Assembly (NCBI GenBank): GCA_030754595.1
Contig: JASLZZ010000021.1
Coordinates: 1-27,630, forward strand
Reading direction: 5' to 3'
Origin: Nitrospinota bacterium
GTDB lineage: Bacteria > UBA8248
Length of the DNA stretch: 27,630 bases
Of the stretch, positions 6,839 through 15,494 are shown piece by piece. The position numbers and the translations under genes were made by a program. Each line of letters opens with the position of its first letter. The stretch's first letter is position 1. Under the pieces are notes generated by a model. The model was not told where the DNA came from, searched no databases, and worked only from the letters and a program-made list of their open reading frames with translations.

Positions 6839-9166
6839 ATGCTTAAATTTATCAACAGCCTCCGGATCAGGACGATAAAGGCCTGCGCCGCCTTTCTCGT
6901 CGTCCTGGTGGGCGTTCTCGTACTGGCACCGTCCGTCTTCACCGTGCGGGAGACATCGCGGATCTTGTCGTGGTGGGATGAATTCAGCCGCGGGCCGGCC
7001 CTCAAATACGTCCACCTCAACCGTCTGCGCCGGTCACTCGGTTACGGCGGGGCGGTCCACAACCTGAAAAATTACCTCCTGCGCGGGGACCGGGGCCGGC
7101 TCATTCATATTCACAAAAATCTCCGCGAGGCCATCAACCACACGATCGCCTACCGCTCGCTCGGGGTGAGCTCCCGGGAGTCGGCCGCGCTGGACGAAAT
7201 CGGCCGCGTCCTCAAGACCTATGCCAGCGTCGTCAGCATCGCCGAGAAGATGTTCGTAGCGAGAAGGTCCGCTCGGGAGATAGACAGCGTCGTCATGGTG
7301 GACGACACGCTGGCCCTCCGGGCAATTGAAAACATGGAGAGCGAACTCGAGGCGGCGCGGGCGAAATTGTCAAACGCCGTAAACGCCTCGGTCGCATCGA
7401 CGATGGATTTCGAGACTAAATCCGCGATGGTGATCGCCGTCCTGCTTCTACTTCTCATCATCGACGGGCTGTGGTTCACCCGGACCCGCCTCTCCCGTCC
7501 CATCACCAGACTCGCATGGGCCATGGAGCGGCTCGCCGCGGGCGACACCTCCATCAATATTCCCCAGGTCCGGCAGGACAACGAAATCGGCGACATGGCG
7601 AAATCGGTCCAGGTGTTCAAGGAGAACGCCATCAAACGCGCCGAGGCGGAAAGTGCGCTTCAACAGAGCGAGGAGCGGTTCCGGAACCTGGTGGAGTACG
7701 CCGGGGATACGATTCTCGTCAGCGACTTCGAGGAAAATATCGTCGATGTCAACCAGCACGCTTGCGAGAGCCTGGGGTACACACGCGAGGAACTCCTTTC
7801 CCTCAACGTCAGGGACATCCAGGTCGCCTCGGATATCCCCGCGAATTTGAGCAAACTCCTAGCGATGGGCATCGGCGATATTTTCACCGTTGAGGGGTTC
7901 CATCGGCGAAAGGACAAAACCAAGTACCCGGTCGAGGTCCGTCTCGGAAAATTCGAGCTTCGGGGAGAGGAGTTCGTAGTCGCCCTCGCGCGCGACATCA
8001 CGGCACGCAAAGAGGCCGAATCGAAAATATTGATCGCGAAGGGAGAAGCCGAGGCCGCGAACCGGGCCAAGAGCGAATTTCTTTCGAACATGAGCCATGA
8101 GCTCCGCTCCCCTCTCAACTCGGTCGTCGGGTTCAGCGATCTCCTGATCCGCGATTCAAGCGACGAGTTCATCCAGCGCCTTGCTCCCAAGATCCGGGAT
8201 TCGGGTTTGTACCTGACCAACCTGATAGAGGACCTCCTCGACTTCGATCGGATCGAGTCGGGCAAGGTGAATCTGGAACTGAAGGAGATTTCCGTCAACG
8301 ATCTCAACGCGCACGTCGCGGAGACCGGGGCGCTCCAGATTTCAGACAATATTTCCCTCGTCCTCGACCTCAACCCCGCTTGCCGGAAAGTGTTTTGCGA
8401 CTCCGTGCGCATCCGCCAGGTGCTCACGAACCTGCTCGACAACGCCGTCAAATATTCTCCCGGCGGCGGGGAGATCCACATCCGGACCGCGGCGAACCAG
8501 GATGAAGTGTGGGTCAGCGTCTCGGACACCGGAATCGGCATAAACTCGGTGGAAATGAAGAGTATTTTCGAGCGCTTCAGCCAGCTCGAAAGCGGCTATC
8601 AGAGAAGATCGGTCGGCCTGGGGATCGGACTCAGCCTGATCCGCAAACTCGTCGAGCTCCACGGCGGGCGGATTTGGGCCGAGAGCGAAAAAGGACGGGG
8701 GAGCGAATTCACCTTTTCCCTGCCGTGCGTCTCGCCTGCGCCGAAATCGTCCGACGGCCCGGAGACGCTGGCTCGGTTGAGGGCCGCCCAGCAGAATCCC
8801 TGGGACGGCAGATCGGTTCTGGTCGTGGACGACCTGGAGCACTACCACGAGTACGTGCGTCTGTTGATGTCGAGTGCCTCTCCCCTCCGCTCGGCCTACA
8901 ACGGCAAGGAGGCGATCGACCTCGCCCGGAGGGAGCGGCCCTCTCTTATCCTGATGGACCTGCGAATGCCCGTCATGGACGGCTTCGATGCCATCGAAAC
9001 CCTCAAGACAGACCCCCTCACGAAGGAGATTCCGATTCTCGCCGTTACGGCCCAGGTCATGGCGCAGGACCGGAGCCGCTCCATCGAACTCGGGGCCGAC
9101 GGCTTCGTGACGAAACCCATCAACATCGAATCCTTCCAGAGCGAAATCAACCGGGTCATCGGCTAG
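6839..9166 (+). CDS. Hybrid sensor histidine kinase (TM-periplasmic-TM-HAMP-PAS-HisKA-HATPase-REC)
   Basis: Two TM segments, HAMP (DNEIGDMAKSV), PAS (VNQHACESLGYTREELL), H-box SHELRSPL, N-box NLLDNAVKY, G1 DTGIGI, and receiver VDD...MDLRMP...TKP. Confidence 0.95.
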   Translation: MLKFINSLRIRTIKACAAFLVVLVGVLVLAPSVFTVRETSRILSWWDEFSRGPALKYVHLNRLRRSLGYGGAVHNLKNYLLRGDRGRLIHIHKNLREAINHTIAYRSLGVSSRESAALDEIGRVLKTYASVVSIAEKMFVARRSAREIDSVVMVDDTLALRAIENMESELEAARAKLSNAVNASVASTMDFETKSAMVIAVLLLLLIIDGLWFTRTRLSRPITRLAWAMERLAAGDTSINIPQVRQDNEIGDMAKSVQVFKENAIKRAEAESALQQSEERFRNLVEYAGDTILVSDFEENIVDVNQHACESLGYTREELLSLNVRDIQVASDIPANLSKLLAMGIGDIFTVEGFHRRKDKTKYPVEVRLGKFELRGEEFVVALARDITARKEAESKILIAKGEAEAANRAKSEFLSNMSHELRSPLNSVVGFSDLLIRDSSDEFIQRLAPKIRDSGLYLTNLIEDLLDFDRIESGKVNLELKEISVNDLNAHVAETGALQISDNISLVLDLNPACRKVFCDSVRIRQVLTNLLDNAVKYSPGGGEIHIRTAANQDEVWVSVSDTGIGINSVEMKSIFERFSQLESGYQRRSVGLGIGLSLIRKLVELHGGRIWAESEKGRGSEFTFSLPCVSPAPKSSDGPETLARLRAAQQNPWDGRSVLVVDDLEHYHEYVRLLMSSASPLRSAYNGKEAIDLARRERPSLILMDLRMPVMDGFDAIETLKTDPLTKEIPILAVTAQVMAQDRSRSIELGADGFVTKPINIESFQSEINRVIG

Positions 9167-9321
9167 GCGGGAGCCCGGCCTGGCTAGCTCTCCCGGTCCG
9201 GCCCGGCGCTTCACCCGGCCTTTCGCTTCGCGCCCCGGCCCGGTAAACTTCCGGCATACCTCCAATTACTATCCTTGCGGCGCCGTCCCCGAACGCGGCC
9301 CCGCGGCCACAAGGAGCCTTC

Positions 9322-10998
9322 ATGTCCATCGCCTCGGAAGTCAGCACCGATCTTCTCTGGAAACACCTAGAGTCCATCTGCCAGTGGGAGCGCTACACCG
9401 GAACTCCCGGCGAGAACCGGGCGGTCGAATACATCGCCGGCGAACTCGAGGCGCTGGGCATCGACGTGGAGATTCACGAGTTCGACGCCCTGATCAGCAT
9501 CCCCGGCAAGACCTCGCTCGACATCCTGGGCGGCGCGCCCGGTCAAATCCCCGCCATCACCGCCGTCTTCGGCGCCTCGACGGGCGAGGCCGGTGTGTCG
9601 GGCGACGCCGTTTATGTGGGCGAGACCCTGGCCCCCGAAGGCCCCGTCGCCGGGCGTATCGTCGTCGCCGATCGGATGCTCTCGCCCGGCCGCTTTTATG
9701 CCTTCGAGAGCGCCGGCGCCATTGGGCAGGTCTACGTCAACATGGGCTACGCTCACGAGATGACGGTCTCGACCGTCTGGGGCTCGCCCACCCCTGAGAG
9801 CGTGGGCCGCCTTCCGGTCACGCCGGTCGTCACCCTCTCGCGCGAGCAGGGCCAGGGGCTGATCGATCTCGTCAAATCGCGCGGCGAGGTCAAGCTCCAC
9901 ATCCACGCCGAGGTCGACACAAAATGGCGCCGGACCAAAATGCCGGTCGCCGCCATCCCTCCCCCCTCGGGGAGCGGCGAGTACGTCCTCGTCGCGGGCC
10001 ACCTCGACTCCTGGCAGTTCGGCGCCAACGACAACGGCGCCGGCGACACCACGCTGATGGAGCTGGCCCGGGTCATGCACAACCACAGGGGCGAGTTCAA
10101 GCGCGGCCTCCGCGTCGCCTGGTGGAACGGCCACTCGCACGGCCGCTTCTCGGGCTCGACCTGGTACGCCGACCAAATGTTCGACGACCTGAGGGCGAAC
10201 TGCGCCGCCTACCTGAACATCGACCAGCCCGGCTGCCGCCAGTGCACCATCTACCGCCCGTTTTGCACGTCGGACATCTCCGCCTGGGTCAAGGACGCCG
10301 TCAGCCGGATCGGAGGACAGGAGACCGAGCCCGCCGCCCCCCGCAAGATGGCCGACCAGTCCTTCTGGGGGGTGGGCGTTCCCTCGTTTTCGTTTCTTCC
10401 CGTCCTGCCGCCGGACGCCCCCGACCTCCAGAAAGACCACCCCGACAGCGGATTTCCCGAGTACTGGCACAACCCGGCCGACACCCTAGACAAGATGGAC
10501 CGCGATCTCCTGACCGAGCACACCCGCCTCTACGCCTCCGCCCTCTTGGAGCTATGCACCGCTGGGCGCTTCCCACTCGACCCGCGCTCGACGGCCGGGG
10601 TGATCGACGAAGCCCTCGCCGGCCTCGAAGCCCTCGCAGGGAGCGCCTCCCCCGCAGGGAGCGCCTTCGACCTCTCGCCTGTTGCCGGGGCCGCCGCGCG
10701 CTTCAGGAAGTCCGCCGAGGCCTTGATGGAAAAATCCGACGACCCAGACGCGCTCAACCGCGCCGCCCGGCGCATCAGCCACGCCCTGAACGCGGTCCTC
10801 TACACCCGCCAGGGGCCCTTCGACCACGACCCCGCCTCGGGCGCCGCCGTGATGCCCGGCCTCCAGCTCCTGGCCGAGTATCTATCCGCCGGCCCCGAGA
10901 GCCACGATGGGCGCGTCCTCTACACCCGCATCGTCCGCGAGCGAAACCGGGTCGTGGCCGCGCTCGAGGAAGCCCGGAGAATCGCCGCCTCGGTTTAG
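9322..10998 (+). CDS. M28-family metallopeptidase/hydrolase with PA domain
   Basis: R.TGTPGE..A, GHLDSW..GANDNGAG, YLNID and YWH...DTLDK. AAGGAG SD. Confidence 0.85.
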   Translation: MSIASEVSTDLLWKHLESICQWERYTGTPGENRAVEYIAGELEALGIDVEIHEFDALISIPGKTSLDILGGAPGQIPAITAVFGASTGEAGVSGDAVYVGETLAPEGPVAGRIVVADRMLSPGRFYAFESAGAIGQVYVNMGYAHEMTVSTVWGSPTPESVGRLPVTPVVTLSREQGQGLIDLVKSRGEVKLHIHAEVDTKWRRTKMPVAAIPPPSGSGEYVLVAGHLDSWQFGANDNGAGDTTLMELARVMHNHRGEFKRGLRVAWWNGHSHGRFSGSTWYADQMFDDLRANCAAYLNIDQPGCRQCTIYRPFCTSDISAWVKDAVSRIGGQETEPAAPRKMADQSFWGVGVPSFSFLPVLPPDAPDLQKDHPDSGFPEYWHNPADTLDKMDRDLLTEHTRLYASALLELCTAGRFPLDPRSTAGVIDEALAGLEALAGSASPAGSAFDLSPVAGAAARFRKSAEALMEKSDDPDALNRAARRISHALNAVLYTRQGPFDHDPASGAAVMPGLQLLAEYLSAGPESHDGRVLYTRIVRERNRVVAALEEARRIAASV

Positions 10999-11252
10999 GC
11001 GAGCCGCTCCTGCGGAGCCCCCGCCCGCCGCTGTATCACCTCTCCCGCCTCAAGGGCGCACCGCGCCCACCCCGGAAAATCCGCGCCTCACAAAGAGCCC
11101 CCGGCTCGTGGAGCCTCGGCTCAAGCGGGCCCGCGCGAAATTCCCGGCATTTCCTGTAGCGCCGTTTTCCCCCGCCCGGGCTAGATTACCCCCTGCCGCG
11201 CGCCATCCCGGCGCGCCCTGTTTTCACCACTTTCACAAGCGGGGGAAGAGCG

Positions 11253-11948
11253 ATGGACATCAACGAGTACCGGAACATGGGGCGCAAGCGAGTCGAGCTG
11301 CCTTCGGGGCTGGCGGGCTTTGTGCGCGCCCCCAGCATAATCGACCTGGCCACCTACCCGAAGCTGATACCGGCGAACATGAACGGCGCGAAGCCCGGCG
11401 GCGGAGCGCCGGAGAATGAAGTGAACCGCGAAATGTACCACTGCATTTTGAGGCGATGCTTCATCCCCGACGGCGGGGCGATGACCGACAAGGAGCTGGG
11501 GGGGTGCCTCCCGGGGGAGCTTTCCGTCCACGAAATCACCCCCGAGGACGCGGGGGCGATCGCCGCCGCCCTCGGAGAATTGAGCCGGCCGGGGAGGCCG
11601 GTCCGGACGCCGCGTTTCCGTCGGGCTAGGGTCCGGCGGGCCAGGATCCAACTGCTCGAGGCGATCCACTGGCAGGCTAGGATCTACGGACTGCCGCCCC
11701 ATTTACTAGCCCGGTGCACATTTGACGAGATGAAGTTCAACCAAGAGGTTTTGAGCGCCGGGCTTCAAGCCGAACGGCGGGCCGAGCAAAAGAACGCCGC
11801 CAGTCGCGGACCCGGAGGCGGACACAGAGGCGGACCCAAGGTCGGACGAAACTCGCGCGGAGGGCCGGGCCAGGGCGTTCGACACGCATGCGCACCCGGC
11901 AATCCACTAATTACCGCGGATCGCCACTTAATAGCGTATAATCGGTGA
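11253..11948 (+). CDS. Putative phage tail assembly chaperone-like protein (prophage remnant)
   Basis: N-terminal RKRVELPSG..VRAP and a later A.IYG..PH.L....FDE..FN segment resemble tail chaperone and extension proteins from memory. No search was run. Confidence 0.45.
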   Translation: MDINEYRNMGRKRVELPSGLAGFVRAPSIIDLATYPKLIPANMNGAKPGGGAPENEVNREMYHCILRRCFIPDGGAMTDKELGGCLPGELSVHEITPEDAGAIAAALGELSRPGRPVRTPRFRRARVRRARIQLLEAIHWQARIYGLPPHLLARCTFDEMKFNQEVLSAGLQAERRAEQKNAASRGPGGGHRGGPKVGRNSRGGPGQGVRHACAPGNPLITADRHLIAYNR

Positions 11949-11982
11949 ATCAGTTCACCTTTTTTCCCTGGGGGAATTCACC

Positions 11983-12189
11983 GTGAAAAACGCATTCGAC
12001 CGAATCGTCTGGACCGTCATCGCCGCCGCGCTCACCCTCATCGCGCTCAACCCTTGGATCGGCCCCGGGAGGGCGAAGGCCCTATCCAGGATCACAGATG
12101 TAAACATTAGGAAAATCGCTGGGTATGGCGTGTCCAATGCCACACCTATCCGAGTCGTAATCGTCGGCAGGGAACCACAGAGAAAGTAA
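11983..12189 (+). CDS. Small single-TM hypothetical protein
   Basis: GTG start with a GGGGGA SD-like sequence and one hydrophobic helix (IVWTVIAAALTLIALNPW). Confidence 0.65.
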   Translation: MKNAFDRIVWTVIAAALTLIALNPWIGPGRAKALSRITDVNIRKIAGYGVSNATPIRVVIVGREPQRK

Positions 12190-12201
12190 GGAGAAGCCCG
12201 A

Positions 12202-12435
12202 ATGTCCGTCCCAAAGTCCAACGCCAACACCGTGTCCATCAATATCACATCCGATGTGAAGGACGCTCAAGAAATCCACCGCGATCATCCACAGCCAGGC
12301 CAAAGCGTTCGACACGAACCTTCTCCCGGCGCTCGAGGGGGTCAGGGCGCTGCCCGCGCTGAGGCGGGCGATAGGGGTCGGCCCGGAGGGAGACAACGGG
12401 GCGAGCGATCACGCGGACCCGGCGAACCACGTTGA
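12202..12435 (+). pseudogene. Possible N-terminal remnant of a tape-measure-like gene
   Basis: AAGGAG SD and N-terminus NTVSINITSDVKDA. The +1 frame then gives a helical-looking KKSTAIIHSQAKAFDTNLLPALEGV. Position follows a chaperone-like gene. Confidence 0.3.
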
Positions 12436-12594
12436 CCCCGCGTACCACACCGGCCCGGCATATCCGGCGAGCGCGGCAAGCGAAGGTACGGGCCGGGTTC
12501 GAAATGACGACTCGCAAGAGTCGGCGGGCGCCTCGCATGAGCGGCGGGCAGGAGCGGCTCCCCGCCGGGAGTGGCTTCCGTCAGGAGTGGCGGG

Positions 12595-12632
12595 CAGGAG
12601 TGGCTTCCACCACTCCACCCATCAATCCCTGT
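12595..12632. repeat. Left arm of an imperfect 38/39-bp inverted repeat
   Basis: CAGGAGTGGCTTCCACCACTCCACCCATCAATCCCTGT matches the reverse complement of 12893-12931 at 34 of 38 positions, with 4 substitutions and 1 indel. Confidence 0.9.
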
Positions 12633-12759
12633 ATTCGATGAATCCCCGTTTATAGAGTTCGTACTCGATGCGCAGGAGCATCTCCCTTCTTCGGTCTTTG
12701 GGGAGTCTCTTGAGGAGGGAGAACACCACCAGGATTATCAGGAAAACCCACATTTCCAT
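12622..12759 (-). CDS. 45-aa membrane peptide MEMWVFLIILVVFSLLKRLPKDRRREMLLRIEYELYKRGFIEYRD
   Basis: GGGAGAGAG SD-like sequence just upstream of ATG 12759. Hydrophobic N-terminal helix with a charged, basic tail. Confidence 0.6.
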   Translation of the reverse strand: MEMWVFLIILVVFSLLKRLPKDRRREMLLRIEYELYKRGFIEYRD

Positions 12760-12892
12760 GGCTCTCTCCCAATCGGCCAGAGGGAGCGGTCTGGAAAGCG
12801 CCCGAACCGCCCCGGGGGGTCTCATTATCGCAGGAAACGGATTTTCTTGGAAACCACCTTTTATAATAATCGGCCTTCGGCGGTGATGGCAA

Positions 12893-12931
12893 ACAGGGGA
12901 TTGCCGGGTGGAGCGGCGGAAGCCACTCCTG
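12893..12931. repeat. Right arm of the inverted repeat
   Basis: Reverse complement is CAGGAGTGGCTTCCGCCGCTCCACCCGGCAATCCCCTGT. Confidence 0.9.
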
Positions 12932-12990
12932 GCGAATCGCCACTCCTAGCCGCCCTCCCAGCTCGCCGCTAACCAGCCTTTAGTAAACCT

Positions 12991-14092
12991 CTAGCCGCCC
13001 TCGCCCGCCAGGCCGAGGGCGCTTTCTTTTTCGCGGACGAGGGGGATGACGTGGCGGCCGATGCGCCCGCACTCGGAGTGAAGCGGAAAGCCGGAGAGGA
13101 TGAGGAGGTGGATTCCGGCCCGCTCGATCTCGATGATTTTATCGGCGCACTGCTCGTAGGAGCCTACGATGGCGACGGTGGAGCCCGACCGGATGCGGCC
13201 CAGGCCCCCCCCAGAGGGCGGGGCCGGTCATCTCGGCGCGGGTGCGCTCTATGGGTGATAGATCGCTTCTGCCTCGCGCGGCCTCGGGGTCGATGCCCCG
13301 CTGGGCGAGGACGCCGGGGTCGGCCCGGCTCAGGAGCTCCTGGGCGGACTCGTAGGCTTCGCCCTCGGTCTCGCGGGCGACGATCTGGAACCGGGTGACG
13401 TACTTGAGGCGGCGGCCGGTGCCCTCGAGTCGGGCTTCCATGTCGCGGACGCGCTCGGCGACCTGGGCGGGGCTCTCGCTCCAGAAGACGGAATACTCCG
13501 CCCGCCGGACGGCGATCTCGCGAGCGTTCTCGGAGGAGCCGGCGAGGAAAAAGGGGATGCGCGGCTTCTGGACGGGCCGGGGGGAGACCATGGCGTCCTT
13601 GATGCGGTAGTGCTTTCCCTCGAAGGAAAAGCGCTCCCGGGTCCAGAGGCCCTCTAGTATTTGCATGAATTCCTCTGTGCGCTCGTAGCGGTCGTCGTGC
13701 TCGAGCTCGCCGCTGAAGGCGGTCTGGATCTTCCCGCCGGTGATGACGTTGTAGAGGATGCGTCCGCCCGATAGCTGGTCGAGAGAGGCGAGGACGCGCG
13801 CGGCGACGGCGGGCTCGATGACCCCGGTGCGGGGGGCGAGGAGGAGCTTGGTGGTCCGGGTGGCAGGGATGATGACGGCGGCGGTCACGAGGGAGTCCCA
13901 GGCGGGGGCTTCGCGGCGGAAATGGGCGCTGGACTGATGGGAGGGGACGAGGATGGTCGAGAAGCCGCTCGCCTCGGCGTTTCGGGCGATGCGGGTGAAG
14001 GTCTCATGGCTGGGCGGATCGTCGGCGGACTCCTGCCAGAGGCGGGCGGTGTCGCCGTCGCAGGACAGGTACCAGGCAAGCTCGATGGAAAT
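12991..14092 (-). pseudogene. LLM-class flavin-dependent monooxygenase (SsuD/SfnG-like), with an ATT start and one frameshift
   Basis: The frame opens at ATT 14092 after a GAGGAG SD (ISIELAWY...AEASGF) and contains SLDQLSGGR..NV and RYERTEEF. One extra G in a G8 run (plus-strand C8, 13205-13212) shifts the frame. Removing it restores VGSYEQCA...ILSGFP...VIPLV to TAG at 12991. Confidence 0.85.
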
Positions 14093-14246
14093 CGCTCCGC
14101 CCTCCTCGAATAAGGTCCGGTCCGCCCCGAACTGGGGGGTCCGCCCCGGACAGATTAACGCTCGCCCGGCTGCGAATATTCCCCGATTTTTGGAACGGCG
14201 GCCCCGAATTCAGTAGCGCAAAGAGCGCGCGATAGAATAAACGGAC

Positions 14247-15146
14247 CTACTTCAGCCTGAAATTATAGATGCTCTCATCGAACCGGCTGTAATCCTCGTA
14301 GCGAAGAATTTCATAGAGACGCTTGCGGTCCTGCATTCGGTTCAACAGATGAGCCTGGGTGCCTTCCTCCTTGATGCTTTTGAGCCCGTCCTCGACCGCC
14401 TTCATCGCCAAACGCCAAGCCGTGACCGGATAGAGAATCAGGTTATATCCCATCTCCTCGAATTGCTCATACGTCAACAATTCCGATTTTCCGAACTCCG
14501 TCATATTCGCCAGCAGCGGGACATTGATCGCCTCGCGAAAGGTTTCGAATTCCTTTGCGTCCACCATCGCTTCGGGAAAAATCATATTCGCCCCGGCGTC
14601 CACATACGCCTTCGCCCTGTCGATGGCTTTGTCCAGCCCTTCAACCGCGCGGGAGTCCGTCCGGGCGATCAGGATGAAATTCGGGTCGCGCTTCGCTTCG
14701 GCCGCGATCCGAACCTTCCCCTGCATCTCACGGACATCGACAATCTCCTTCCCGTCCAGATGACCGCACCTTTTCGGAAAGACTTGATCCTCGATATGAC
14801 AACCCGCCAGGCCTAGCTCCTCGATTTCCTCGACCGTGCGCGCCACGTTCATCGGCTCCCCGAATCCCGTGTCGATATCGACGATGGAGGGGAGTGAGGT
14901 CACCCGGGAAATCGCGCGGCCCCGCTGGCTAACTTCACTCAAGGTCGTCAGTCCGATGTCTGGCATCCCCAGGTCCGCCGAGACCACGGACCCCGAAATG
15001 TAGACTCCGTCGAATCCCAAATCCTCGATTAACATGGCGACCATCGGCGAAAAAGCGCCCGGAAAACGAAGAGTCCGGCCGCCCGACAGGTCCGCCCGAA
15101 AACGGGCCCTGATTTCTCCCGCGGATTGCTCCCGAAAGCACATCAC
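14247..15146 (-). CDS. prpB: Methylisocitrate lyase
   Basis: PDIGLTT, VDIDTGFG, HIEDQ, KRCGH, ARTD and LANMTEFGKS. Start is GTG 15146 or ATG 15143. Confidence 0.9.
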   Translation of the reverse strand: MMCFREQSAGEIRARFRADLSGGRTLRFPGAFSPMVAMLIEDLGFDGVYISGSVVSADLGMPDIGLTTLSEVSQRGRAISRVTSLPSIVDIDTGFGEPMNVARTVEEIEELGLAGCHIEDQVFPKRCGHLDGKEIVDVREMQGKVRIAAEAKRDPNFILIARTDSRAVEGLDKAIDRAKAYVDAGANMIFPEAMVDAKEFETFREAINVPLLANMTEFGKSELLTYEQFEEMGYNLILYPVTAWRLAMKAVEDGLKSIKEEGTQAHLLNRMQDRKRLYEILRYEDYSRFDESIYNFRLK

Positions 15147-15494
15147 TCATCCTCCCCTGGGAATTCCGATAAAACGTTCCTCATCTTATTCCAAGCCGCC
15201 GAAAAACTCACCACGCAAACCAGCCAAAACCCCCGGAGCCGTCTCGTGAATCATTTTCATCATTATTTCGCCCGGTTCTTAGGCCAATTATTAATGGCTG
15301 TGAGGAGACGGAGATTTTTTTTGGAGAACAACTCCCGATCTTCTGATTTAGAGTATTATGATGCCAAATGGGGACGGATTTCATGGGATGGATAACCTTC
15401 AGTTAAATCGCGGGAAGAGCTCAAGGAGCGTGTGGGAGACTTATTTTAGGAGTTCCTTGACCCTCACATCAATAAGATGAGGATAAATTCGGCA

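Noticed and set aside
12539..12960. CRISPR array
   Set aside because: The units are 8-16 bp, irregularly spaced and partly inverted, with no unique spacers and no cas genes.
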